DNA of 41,184 nucleotides. Origin: a virus. A program made the position numbers and the translations under genes. Numbering within the stretch: position 1 is the stretch's first letter; the number at the start of each line of letters is the position of its first letter. Where the stretch lies: the UHGV virus genome UHGV-1355377; one strand, 5' to 3'. This document shows positions 26,438-35,921 of the stretch, in pieces. Below the pieces are notes generated by a model. It was not told the origin of the DNA. It did no database searches and worked only from the letters and a program-made list of their open reading frames with translations.

Positions 26438-26769
26438 GATATTTAGATGAAATTACCTTTGTAAAAAAATCTTCAGAATCGCATTATGATCCAAATTCAG
26501 GTGAATGGATTGAAGAAGAACCGTTTAGAAAAACTGCTGATGTCAATGTAACTGATATTGGTACAGATCGTTCTATTACTATTTTCGGAAGCATTAAAGA
26601 AGGGGCTAAGGTCATTAGGACACAGCCCCTTTTTGTTATTCCAGAATTTGATTACATTGAGTTTGAGGGGAAAACTTGGGAAGTTATTACAAGTAGAGTG
26701 CCTGCATTAAGAAATAGCTTGATTGTTCAGGAAGTGATTATTGATGGCAAGAAATCAAGTAAGGATTAA
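26434..26769 (+). CDS. Head closure / head-tail adaptor protein
   Basis: 111-aa ORF with overlapping stop-start; positional call. Confidence 0.5.
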   Translation: MRYLDEITFVKKSSESHYDPNSGEWIEEEPFRKTADVNVTDIGTDRSITIFGSIKEGAKVIRTQPLFVIPEFDYIEFEGKTWEVITSRVPALRNSLIVQEVIIDGKKSSKD

Positions 26770-27124
26770 TGGATTAGCTGGAATTTCTAAAAAACTAAAG
26801 AGAAATGCCCAACTTGATGATGTGAAAAAAGTTGTTAGAAATAACACAGCAGAATTAACCGCTAATATGCAAGCTGAAGCCGGAAAAGTGTTAACTGGAC
26901 ACTGGGAAGGTAAAAAGTTTGTTAAACCTACAGGGGCAACAAAAAGAAGTATCGTTATGAGGCTTTCGAACAATGGTTTTTCTGGGCATACAGGACCAGG
27001 AACAGAATACGCACCGTATTTAATAAACGGTACGAGATTTATGGTGAAACGTGATTTCTTTTTACCACCGCTGAAACAACAAAAAGTGAAATTTAGAACG
27101 GACTTGGAAAGGTTGATGAAATGA
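26741..27124 (+). CDS. Tail-component / neck protein
   Basis: 127-aa ORF; positional call. Confidence 0.45.
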   Translation: MMARNQVRINGLAGISKKLKRNAQLDDVKKVVRNNTAELTANMQAEAGKVLTGHWEGKKFVKPTGATKRSIVMRLSNNGFSGHTGPGTEYAPYLINGTRFMVKRDFFLPPLKQQKVKFRTDLERLMK

Positions 27125-27510
27125 TTAAAGCAAGAGATCAATCAATCTTCGATGAAGTGTATAAGAAGTGTCAATCACTGGGCTATGAAACCTACGATTA
27201 TAAACCTATGAATGATGTAGGTTATCCATTTGTCGAATTAGAAGATACTCAGACACTGCACCAAGCCAACAAAACTGATATTAAAGGTTCGGTTACATTG
27301 AATCTATCTGTATGGGGATTGGCAAAAAAACGTAAACAAATATCGGATATGGCTTCAGCAATTTTTGCTGAGGCTCTATCTATTTCTGAAACGGAAGGTT
27401 ATTATTGGTCGCTCAATATCCAATCAAGCGGTATTCGGTTAGTAGATGACATTTCGACTAACACACCATTGAAGCGGGCAATGATATCTTTAGAATTCAA
27501 AATACTGTAG
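27121..27510 (+). CDS. Tail completion protein
   Basis: 129-aa ORF immediately before the major tail protein. Confidence 0.45.
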   Translation: MIKARDQSIFDEVYKKCQSLGYETYDYKPMNDVGYPFVELEDTQTLHQANKTDIKGSVTLNLSVWGLAKKRKQISDMASAIFAEALSISETEGYYWSLNIQSSGIRLVDDISTNTPLKRAMISLEFKIL

Positions 27511-27525
27511 AGAGAAGGAATATAA

Positions 27526-28056
27526 ATGGCTAATGAAGCAAAAGTAGCGGCTAAAGGTATTGATATTATTTTACTTTTCCGTTTGTTAAAAAAATCAAAA
27601 GAGGAAGCAGCATGGAAATTAGCTTTCCAGACAGAACATGAAAATACAAAAACAAAAGATAGTGACTCCGTGGCCACTAAAGATGGTCCGATTCGTATCC
27701 CAGGATCATTGGAAATTGATTTTTCAGCAACATCTATTTTATCAGTCGGTGATCCGTATGTTGATCAACTAGAAGAAGCTTTAGACAATGACGATATTAT
27801 TGAAATTTGGGAAATCAACAAAGCAGAAAAAGGTACAGGAGATAATGCTGACAAGTACAAGGCAACCTATTACCAAGGATATGTAACATCATTTGGTAAA
27901 TCGCCTAATGCTGAAGACACCGTAGAAGTTTCATTAGAATTTGGTATCAATGGTAAAGGCGCAAAAGGATTTGCAACATTAACTGCTGATCAAGAAGAAG
28001 TAGTTCAATATGTCTTCAAAGATACGACTATTGAAACAGCTGATCCGGGAAAGTAG
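27526..28056 (+). CDS. Major tail protein
   Basis: 176-aa protein before the Ig-like/chaperone/TMP block. Ends ...ccG_GGA_AAG_TAG. Confidence 0.7.
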   Translation: MANEAKVAAKGIDIILLFRLLKKSKEEAAWKLAFQTEHENTKTKDSDSVATKDGPIRIPGSLEIDFSATSILSVGDPYVDQLEEALDNDDIIEIWEINKAEKGTGDNADKYKATYYQGYVTSFGKSPNAEDTVEVSLEFGINGKGAKGFATLTADQEEVVQYVFKDTTIETADPGK

Positions 28057-28118
28057 ATAGCCCTTCTGTGGGAAGTGTAACTCCTACAGTCGATGGGGCT
28101 TCTATTGAATTAAGCTAA
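28044..28118 (+). other. -1 frame extension of the major tail protein; encodes ...VDSPSVGSVTPTVDGASIELS*
   Basis: Canonical -1 heptamer G_GGA_AAG (28047-53), identical to the G/GT chaperone site, directly before the zero-frame TAG. Bulged 9-bp hairpin at 28066-28089. Peptide is homologous to the capsid extension. Confidence 0.6.
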
Positions 28119-28133
28119 GAAAGGAAAATAAAT

Positions 28134-28586
28134 ATGGTGGATACTTTTAAAATTTATAAAGACCAAACCGAAGTTGTTTCCGGCACATCACCTTTAACTA
28201 TAACAGGAATGGAACCTAACACTTCAGTGCCGGCTGGTGAGTACCAAGTAACTCGTGTTGTAAATGGGAAAGAATCAGAGCGAGTAGATATTCCAGCTTT
28301 TAAAACATTGTCTATTGCTGTAACTGGCTTAGAGTTTTCTCCTAAAACGTCCACAGCAGATGCTGGTGCTGCAGGTAGCCGACAAATCACAGCAACTGTT
28401 TTACCTGAAAATGCAACCAACAAGAAGGTAAACTATGATATTTCACCTGTAACAGAAGGTCTTGCTGTCTCTGAAACAGGAAATATTACTTGGACAGAAG
28501 CGGTACCGGCTGGTGTTTATACCACAACAGGAACAACAGAGGATGGTAAAAAAACAGCTCAACACACCTTAACATTGAATAATTAA
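28134..28586 (+). CDS. Big_2 (bacterial Ig-like domain 2) protein
   Basis: ITATVLPENATNKKVNYDISP...GLAVSETGNITWTEA is a Big_2 signature. Same reading frame as the major tail -1 extension, separated by the single TAA at 28116-18. Own RBS GAAAGGAAAATAAATATG. Confidence 0.65.
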   Translation: MVDTFKIYKDQTEVVSGTSPLTITGMEPNTSVPAGEYQVTRVVNGKESERVDIPAFKTLSIAVTGLEFSPKTSTADAGAAGSRQITATVLPENATNKKVNYDISPVTEGLAVSETGNITWTEAVPAGVYTTTGTTEDGKKTAQHTLTLNN

Positions 28587-28647
28587 GCTTAAAATATAAA
28601 TTTAGAGGGCAGCTTAGTGGCTGTCCTTTTCTTATGGAGGAAAAGGC

Positions 28648-28998
28648 ATGCAAATCGAAATTAAAGGAAAAAAATATAACTGTATTTTTGGAGTCAAGTT
28701 TATTCGTGAATTGGATAAGCAGCATGGGGTAGTTCGCAATGATGTAAATCTTGGGATGGGACTAACAACATTATTACCGCAGCTAGTAAGTGGAAATATC
28801 GTTGTTTTATCTGATGTACTTTACACAGCTACCATTACGGAAAAAAGTAGACCTTCTAAGGATGAAGTAGATGAGTTTGTTGAAACTGTTGATGATATTG
28901 AGGCGTTATTTGATGAAACGTTGAAAAACTTAGAAGAAAGCAATGCGGGAAAGTTAACGGTCAGAAATTTCAAGAAAGCTCTGATGGAGAACAAGTAA
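28648..28998 (+). CDS. Tail assembly chaperone (gpG-like)
   Basis: 116-aa ORF before the tape measure gene. Contains G_GGA_AAG at 28947-28953. Confidence 0.65.
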   Translation: MQIEIKGKKYNCIFGVKFIRELDKQHGVVRNDVNLGMGLTTLLPQLVSGNIVVLSDVLYTATITEKSRPSKDEVDEFVETVDDIEALFDETLKNLEESNAGKLTVRNFKKALMENK

Positions 28999-29348
28999 GA
29001 GAGGAACTAACCTCAGCTGAAGCTTATGAAAATATTCTTATTAATTGTTTTCGTTACCTAGAAATTACTGATTTATCAGAAATTGAACGAATGACTTTGT
29101 ATGAATATGAAGTTAGGCTATTGGCGTTTCAGTTAAAAAGACTTGACCATGAAAGAGACCTCTATCTTCAATCTTGGCTAAATAACCAAATTAAGGCGAC
29201 TAAAGGTAAAAAATCTGAACCTTATTATAAGGAATTCAATAAGTTTTTCAATTATGAAGAACGAGAGAAGCTTATTTTGGGTAAATCATTAATTGATGAA
29301 AAAGTTGATATAGGAGCAATTGATTTATTAAGAAAAGCAAATAAGTAG
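28947..29348 (+). CDS. Tail assembly chaperone GT fusion: -1 frame open from 28917 through 29348 (includes the 29091 track ORF)
   Basis: Hand translation of the -1 frame is continuous across 28917-29348. Slippery heptamer G_GGA_AAG at 28947-53 in the zero frame of gpG. Matches the conserved G/GT arrangement upstream of the tape measure gene. Confidence 0.65.
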   Translation, partial: GKVNGQKFQESSDGEQVREELTSAEAYENILINCFRYLEITDLSEIERMTLYEYEVRLLAFQLKRLDHERDLYLQSWLNNQIKATKGKKSEPYYKEFNKFFNYEEREKLILGKSLIDEKVDIGAIDLLRKANK

Positions 29349-29363
29349 GAAAGGAGGAAAATA

Positions 29364-32300
29364 ATGGAATCATATTCAGTCGAAGCAATACTTACTGCCA
29401 CTGATAGAACGTTTAGTAGCACGATGAGTAGCGCTGAACGTTCTATGGCTGGTGTAAACAAGCAATCTGGTGAGCTAGGGGATGGATTGGATAAAAGCAC
29501 CACTAAAGGGAATCAATTAGGCAAGTCAATTCTTAGTATTGGAGCAGGTGTGGGTGCCGTAAAATTAGTATCTACGGCCGTAAATATGGTTAAGGATTCT
29601 GTTGAAGGAGCTATTAACCGTTTTGATACGTTGAATAAATATCCTGTAGTTATGAAGGCTCTAGGTTACTCAACAGAAGATGTAGATAGATCAATGACTA
29701 AGTTAAGTGATGGGATTGATGGGCTTCCTACATCGTTAGATGAAATCGTATCAAATACGCAACAGTTAGCAATTTCAACTGGTAGCTTGAGTAAAGGAAC
29801 TGACACAGCTATTGCATTAAATGATGCCTTTCTTGCTTCTGGAGCTTCAACTGCTGATGCGACTCGTGGTATGCAACAATATATTCAAATGCTCGGTAAG
29901 GGTGAAGTTGATATGCAGTCTTGGCGAACTTTACAAGAAACAATGCCAATAGCTATGGATAAAGTTGCTAAGTCTTTCAAAGAACAAGGTGTAAACTCAG
30001 TTAACCAATTATATGATGCCTTAAAAGAAGGAGATATTACATTTAATGAGTTCAATAATCGTTTGATTGAGTTGGACAAAGGCGTAGGTGGTTTTGCGGA
30101 TTTAGCCAAGAAAAACTCAAAAGGTATCAAAACATCATGGGCAAACATCAAAACAGCCACCGTTAAAGGTGTAACTACAGTTATTAAATCTTTTGATGAA
30201 TTATCCAAAGCGGTGACAGGGAAAAATATTGCCGAAAATTTGGACTCTTTAAAAAATGTAGTGAATATAACTTTTAAGGCAATTGATGCAGCGATTCAAT
30301 CAACTATCCCATTGATGAAACTATTCGGAAAAGCTATTACTTCGATAGGTACAGCTTTAACACCATTACTACCAACAATTGCCAGTTTTGCTGCCACCTT
30401 TACAGCGTTGAAAGTAATTCAGCAAGTGACAGGCTATATAAAACAATCTGAATTGGCAATCAAAGCTTATACAACCGCAATAAGTTTATACAATGGAATA
30501 TCAAAACTGGCTACGTTATCTACAACAGCACTCGGAAGAGCATGGATGTTAAACTTAGCAGCCGATAAAGCCAATTCTGCAGCAATAGCAATAAAAACTG
30601 GTCTTTTAGTGGCGCAAAATACAATCGTTGGTGTTTTGACGGGAACAATTAGTTTAGCTACAGTAGCTACAACTGTTTTTAGTACCGCTATGAAATTGTT
30701 GATGGGCCCTATTGGATGGGTAACAGCTGCAATAGGAGGACTAGTAGCTGTAGGGGTAAACTTGTGGAAATGGTTAAATAAGGAAACTGAATCAACTAAG
30801 GCAGTTAAAAAAGAACAAGAAAACCTTATGAAAACTACAGATGACTTGATTAAAAAGAATCAAGAACATACCCAATCACGAAAAGATGAAGCTATTGAAT
30901 TGGATAATACTAAAGAAAAATTCCAATCTATGATTTCTGAAATGGAAATGCTCTCTGCTAAAGAAAAATTAAGCAACAGCGAGAAAAAACGTATGGTGGA
31001 AATTGTTGAGGAATTGAACGGTAAAATGACAGGTTTAAACTTAGTTTATGACGATCAAAAAAATATTTTATCTGAAATGCCTGGAACAATTCAACAACAA
31101 GTTGATGCCTATAATGCTTTAGATGAAGCTTCTCAAGCTCAAGAAAACATTAATCAAATGTTAAAAGAACGAAATGATAATGAAGCGAAGCTGATGGAAA
31201 TTAATGCCGCTAGAGAAAAATGGAATCAGACATTAAAAGAATCTGGCGGGAATACAAAAGAAGCTCGTGAAAATATTGAAAAGTTGGGCGAGCAAGAGCA
31301 AGTGTTAAAGGGCGTTCAACAAGAATTGACGAATGAAATTATAAATACAGCTAATGCCCATGAACAATCAATGCAGCGTGCAAGCCAAGCTGTGGAAAAT
31401 GGTGTGTTAAATCAAACAGTTTCATACAATGCTTTAAGTGGTAAGACGAAAGAAACAATGGATGCAATGCGTTCAGAATATTCATCACTTGAAGAAAAAG
31501 TAGGGAGCGCCTTTGATGTTATCCAACAAAAACAAGCTATTTCAGTTGATCAAATGGCTGAAAATTTACAAAAAAATCAAGAAGCTGTTAGCCAATGGAG
31601 CACTAACATTGCTGCGTTAGCACAGCGAGGGGTAGATGAAGGGCTTTTAGAGCAACTACGGAAAATGGGTCCTGAAGGTGCTGCTCAAGCGGCAGAATTA
31701 GTTAATTCTTCAGACGAACAATTACAACGCTTGAATGATGTCTATCGTAATACCGGTGAAACTTCCATGAATGCAATGAAAGAAGGTTATCAATTAGGCA
31801 AAAATGGTTTGAACGAGGAAATTCAAGCCCTTATACCAACTCAAAAAGAAACTTTGATGACTCAAATTAAGAATACAGACTTTAACAGCGTGGGTCTAAG
31901 TGTAACTGATGATTTTAAAGCAGGTATTGAAAATGGTCGTAGATCTGTTGAGGAAATGACAAAAGGAATTGTTCCTAAAGTCGGGGAAGATATGAAAGGT
32001 GAAGTACAGAAGGCAGATTTTTCAGGTATTGGTAAATCTATCCCGCAAGGTTTAGAAAAAGGGGTAGAGGCTAACAAACAATTACCTGTAAAAACATCTA
32101 ATCAAATGATTGATGATGTTGTTTCTGGTGCCAGAAAAGGTTTAGATTCTCACTCTCCTTCTCGTGTATTTCACTCAATTGGTGAAGATGTTGATTCTGG
32201 ATTATCAAACGGTATCGAACAAAACGCAATGAATCCTGTAAGAGCTGTTGAGTCTATTGTTGATAAAATAATTTCTGCAATGGATAAATTGCCATCAGAA

Positions 32301-32771
32301 ATGAATTCTATCGGAGCAAATGCAATTGATGGATTGACTAATGGTATTAATGCTAATGCTAATAGCGCTTTAGCTGCAGCAAGAGGTGTGGCAGATCAAA
32401 TTGTAAGTACAATGAAAAGTGCTATGGATATTCATTCTCCCTCACGTGTAATGCGTGATGAAGTAGGTAAAATGATTCCAGCAGGAGTAGCGGTTGGTAT
32501 TGATAAATATTCAAACTTTGTAGAAAAATCTATGCAACGACTAAGTAAAAAGGTAGCCATGCCAGCGCTGGATAATTTAAATTCAAATCTGTCATTTAGT
32601 GGAGGATCACAAAGCTTAGCATTTGCTGGAGATGTATCTTCAAAATTCACTGTAGAGGTACCTGTTATTTTCGATAGTTCAGAGGTTGCAAGGGTTATTG
32701 CTAAACCAATGAGCAAAGAATTACAGAATCAACAAGATAAAAAGAATGTTTCTTTAGGAAGGAGGCGCTAA
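29364..32771 (+). CDS. Tail tape measure protein
   Basis: 1135 aa; N-terminal coiled coil, hydrophobic central helices. Position after G/GT. Confidence 0.85.
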   Translation: MESYSVEAILTATDRTFSSTMSSAERSMAGVNKQSGELGDGLDKSTTKGNQLGKSILSIGAGVGAVKLVSTAVNMVKDSVEGAINRFDTLNKYPVVMKALGYSTEDVDRSMTKLSDGIDGLPTSLDEIVSNTQQLAISTGSLSKGTDTAIALNDAFLASGASTADATRGMQQYIQMLGKGEVDMQSWRTLQETMPIAMDKVAKSFKEQGVNSVNQLYDALKEGDITFNEFNNRLIELDKGVGGFADLAKKNSKGIKTSWANIKTATVKGVTTVIKSFDELSKAVTGKNIAENLDSLKNVVNITFKAIDAAIQSTIPLMKLFGKAITSIGTALTPLLPTIASFAATFTALKVIQQVTGYIKQSELAIKAYTTAISLYNGISKLATLSTTALGRAWMLNLAADKANSAAIAIKTGLLVAQNTIVGVLTGTISLATVATTVFSTAMKLLMGPIGWVTAAIGGLVAVGVNLWKWLNKETESTKAVKKEQENLMKTTDDLIKKNQEHTQSRKDEAIELDNTKEKFQSMISEMEMLSAKEKLSNSEKKRMVEIVEELNGKMTGLNLVYDDQKNILSEMPGTIQQQVDAYNALDEASQAQENINQMLKERNDNEAKLMEINAAREKWNQTLKESGGNTKEARENIEKLGEQEQVLKGVQQELTNEIINTANAHEQSMQRASQAVENGVLNQTVSYNALSGKTKETMDAMRSEYSSLEEKVGSAFDVIQQKQAISVDQMAENLQKNQEAVSQWSTNIAALAQRGVDEGLLEQLRKMGPEGAAQAAELVNSSDEQLQRLNDVYRNTGETSMNAMKEGYQLGKNGLNEEIQALIPTQKETLMTQIKNTDFNSVGLSVTDDFKAGIENGRRSVEEMTKGIVPKVGEDMKGEVQKADFSGIGKSIPQGLEKGVEANKQLPVKTSNQMIDDVVSGARKGLDSHSPSRVFHSIGEDVDSGLSNGIEQNAMNPVRAVESIVDKIISAMDKLPSEMNSIGANAIDGLTNGINANANSALAAARGVADQIVSTMKSAMDIHSPSRVMRDEVGKMIPAGVAVGIDKYSNFVEKSMQRLSKKVAMPALDNLNSNLSFSGGSQSLAFAGDVSSKFTVEVPVIFDSSEVARVIAKPMSKELQNQQDKKNVSLGRRR

Positions 32772-33701
32772 ATGTTATACAACTTTATTGATGTAAATGA
32801 ACAACAAACAAAAGCCTCTTTGCCTTCGGAAGCCATGAATTTTAATGGTTCCTTTTTAGAAGATTTAGTTCCAGGTTATAGAACATTATCTGTTGTTGGA
32901 AGAGAGTTAGCTCCTACTGAGATACAAAGCTACCAGTTGGGAATTCGTGATGGAATGCGACATGTTTATGCTCGTATTCCGGAAAGAGAATTAACAGTTA
33001 AATTCAAAGTTGAGGCTAACTCTAACGAAGCGTTTAGGGATTCTTTTAACAGACTAAACGTTGCTTTGTTTACAGAAAAAGATGTACAGATTTGGTTTAA
33101 TGATGAACCAGAAATGCTTTGGTCGGGTAGTAAATCAGACATTGATGCAGTTCCTGAGGGATTGAATCGAGTCGTTGGTACATTTACAATTTTGTTGAAC
33201 AATCCATATAAATATACTCGAAGCGATGCTACTAGTGTTATGTGGGGTTCAACAGAAATAACGTTTCAGGCTAACTATCTTATGGGTAATACTGGATCAG
33301 GGGCTGTTGACTTACCTATTGTTATCGAAGGTGGGGCTTATTGGGGTTCTACCATGATTACTTTTCAAAACCGTTCCTATCTAATGGGAGATAATGGTCA
33401 AGAAGTGAAGCCAATTGAAATATATCCAACTGTCGAAGGGTTAAAAGTAAAACCGATTATTACTATAAAAGGTACTGGTAGAGGCGTGTGGATAAAAACT
33501 AGAAGCGATACTATTGATATTGGTGATTTTGATAAATCAGAAATAGTGATTGATACAGAACAGTTTAATATTACCAAAAATGGGAAGCCAATGATTCGTC
33601 CTATGAACGATTTTTATATTTATCCAAATGAGCCACTATACATCCAAGCGAAAGATAGTACTTTTAATCTAACTATTCGATATCCAAATCGTTTCTTATA
33701 G
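32772..33701 (+). CDS. Distal tail protein (Dit)
   Basis: 309-aa ORF immediately after the tape measure gene; positional call. Confidence 0.6.
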   Translation: MLYNFIDVNEQQTKASLPSEAMNFNGSFLEDLVPGYRTLSVVGRELAPTEIQSYQLGIRDGMRHVYARIPERELTVKFKVEANSNEAFRDSFNRLNVALFTEKDVQIWFNDEPEMLWSGSKSDIDAVPEGLNRVVGTFTILLNNPYKYTRSDATSVMWGSTEITFQANYLMGNTGSGAVDLPIVIEGGAYWGSTMITFQNRSYLMGDNGQEVKPIEIYPTVEGLKVKPIITIKGTGRGVWIKTRSDTIDIGDFDKSEIVIDTEQFNITKNGKPMIRPMNDFYIYPNEPLYIQAKDSTFNLTIRYPNRFL

Positions 33702-33717
33702 GAGGTGTTGCTAAAAT

Positions 33718-35736
33718 ATGTTGATGGCAATGGATTTAAAAAGAGAATATACGGCAGTTTTAGATAACGCTTATAATGTTGGATATGAAAAAATTGAAAA
33801 CCAAATAGGGAATCTAGAATTTTCAATGCCGTTGGATGATCCTAAAAATGAATTTTTGCAAGAAATGTTATGGGTTGAACTAACAGATAATGAAAATGAA
33901 TATATAGGGTTATACCGTGTTATGCCTTCAACGGTTCGCAAAGATGCTAGTAACAATTCAATCACATATACGGCAAATGAAGCCCTGTGTACTTTGCTAG
34001 ACACGGTTCTTTTTGGTTATCATGAACTAGTGAATCGAAAAACGATTGATGTTATTAACTATCTTTTGAATAAACAAAGGACAAAACACTGGGTTTTAAA
34101 AAAATGTGAATTCACTCGGTATTTTAGTTATGCATGGGAAAATGAAAATGGTCTCGCTGATGCCTTGTTTAGTATTCCTCAAGCATTTGATGAAGACTAT
34201 ATGTGGCAATGGAATACCAAAGTTTATCCATTCGAATTATCTTTAGTGAAGCCACCAAAAGAACCTATTGCTCGTATTCAAGAAGGATATAACATGCAAG
34301 GCTTTGAGATTGAAAGAGATCCTAACAATTTAGTTAATCGAGTTTATCCTTTAGGTGCTGGTGAAGGCGTCAATCAGATAAATATTAAATCGGTAAATAA
34401 AAATATTCCTTATGTAGAAGATGCAAAGTCTATAAAAGAACATGGTTTAGTTGAATATGTTTGGGTAGACCAACGATTCACAGTTCCACAAGCTTTAAAA
34501 GACAATGCAATCAACATGTTAAAAAAATGGGCACAGCCTAAAATTTCTTGGGATGTTACTGCGGCTGATTTATTGAAATTAACAGATGAACCTTTAAGCA
34601 TTGATAAGTTAAGACAAGGAACTGTAATTATGATTAACACAGATGATTTTGGAAGTATAAATTTGCGTATTAAAAAAGAGACAAAACAGGATGTATTCGG
34701 CGCACCACAAGATATTCAGCTAGAGCTTGGTAATTTATCTGACGATTTTACTACGACAATGTCTGATTTGAAACGTAAACAGGAAATAAATGAGACGTAT
34801 TCGCAAGGCGCAACGAATATTTTGAACTACAGTTATCAAGATAACTGCGAAAAGGCATACCCAGCAGAAATTGAATTCTTCTTAGATGATGATGTATTTC
34901 ATGTAAATACTGTGGAACTGACTTTTAAAACTAAGCGGTATCGTGGTTATACAAAAGCCGTAAAAGGCGGAGGAGCTACAGTAAAAAGTACTTCAGCTGG
35001 AGGAGCTTCAACACAAACTAGTTCAGCTGGTGGCGGAAGTGTTGTTTCAAGTTCAGCTGGAGGAGGTTATTCTAGTGGATCCACCACAGGTGGTGGTGGA
35101 GGTAGTATTCAATCTAGTTCTGTAAATGGTCAAAGCTCACAAACAAGTTCAGCAGGTGGAGATCATAATCACCTAGTTGCATCTAATAATGGTAGCACTG
35201 AATCAAGTGCATTTTATCGAGAAATGGATGCGGGGTCAGGTATGAGATTTAGACTGATGTCGACTGCATCAACAGATTGGTATACAAAGACGAGCTCAGG
35301 TAATCATACTCATAACGTGACTACACCGGCACATTCCCACACAGTGAATACACCTAACCATAGTCACAATTTTAATATTTCTATACCAAACCATACTCAC
35401 AGCATATCGGTTCCTAGCCATAGCCACCAAGTAAGAATACCGGCACATACACACCAAATTACTTTACCTGATCATAGCCATCCATTAGAATGGGGGATTT
35501 ATGAGGCGCCAAGTAGCGCAACTAGTGTTGATATAGTTGTAGATGGTACCACCATTCCAGTTCATGATACTAGCCAACAAAGACTAAACATTGTTAATTA
35601 CCTTAGGAAAACTAGTGGCGGTAAAATCTCTAGAGGTAATCATACAATCAAGATAATACCTAACAAACTTGCACGAATCGAAGCGCAAGTTATTTGTCGT
35701 GTTTTTATACAATCACAATTAGGAGGACAATTTTAA
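33718..35736 (+). CDS. Tail-associated lysin/baseplate hub (Tal) with C-terminal Gly/Ser linker and HxH repeat array
   Basis: 672 aa after Dit. GGGATVKSTSAGGAS... linker, then at least 6 repeats of P-x-H-[ST]-H-x(3-5). Confidence 0.6.
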   Translation: MLMAMDLKREYTAVLDNAYNVGYEKIENQIGNLEFSMPLDDPKNEFLQEMLWVELTDNENEYIGLYRVMPSTVRKDASNNSITYTANEALCTLLDTVLFGYHELVNRKTIDVINYLLNKQRTKHWVLKKCEFTRYFSYAWENENGLADALFSIPQAFDEDYMWQWNTKVYPFELSLVKPPKEPIARIQEGYNMQGFEIERDPNNLVNRVYPLGAGEGVNQINIKSVNKNIPYVEDAKSIKEHGLVEYVWVDQRFTVPQALKDNAINMLKKWAQPKISWDVTAADLLKLTDEPLSIDKLRQGTVIMINTDDFGSINLRIKKETKQDVFGAPQDIQLELGNLSDDFTTTMSDLKRKQEINETYSQGATNILNYSYQDNCEKAYPAEIEFFLDDDVFHVNTVELTFKTKRYRGYTKAVKGGGATVKSTSAGGASTQTSSAGGGSVVSSSAGGGYSSGSTTGGGGGSIQSSSVNGQSSQTSSAGGDHNHLVASNNGSTESSAFYREMDAGSGMRFRLMSTASTDWYTKTSSGNHTHNVTTPAHSHTVNTPNHSHNFNISIPNHTHSISVPSHSHQVRIPAHTHQITLPDHSHPLEWGIYEAPSSATSVDIVVDGTTIPVHDTSQQRLNIVNYLRKTSGGKISRGNHTIKIIPNKLARIEAQVICRVFIQSQLGGQF

Positions 35737-35910
35737 ATGAGATTAACAGTAAAACTAATTAGCAAACAAGAAGAATTTATAATTAATGATGAATCAGGTA
35801 AAACGTTAGATGATTATTTTGCAGAACTGATTGATAATAGTTCGCCATTCATCAAGATAGGAAATCGTATTTTACAAAAAGCCACGATTGAATACATTAA
35901 TGCAGAATAG
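35737..35910 (+). CDS. Small tail-region protein (57 aa)
   Basis: AGGAGGACAATTTTAAATG RBS; hand-translated MRLTVKLISKQEEFIINDESGKTL... Confidence 0.45.
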   Translation: MRLTVKLISKQEEFIINDESGKTLDDYFAELIDNSSPFIKIGNRILQKATIEYINAE

Positions 35911-35921
35911 GAGTGATGGAT

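Noticed and set aside
14273-28614. Shared 12-mer TAGAGGGCAGCT at 14273-14284 and 28603-28614
   Set aside because: For a 41-kb window, tens of 12-mer coincidences are expected by chance, and there is no extended similarity around them.
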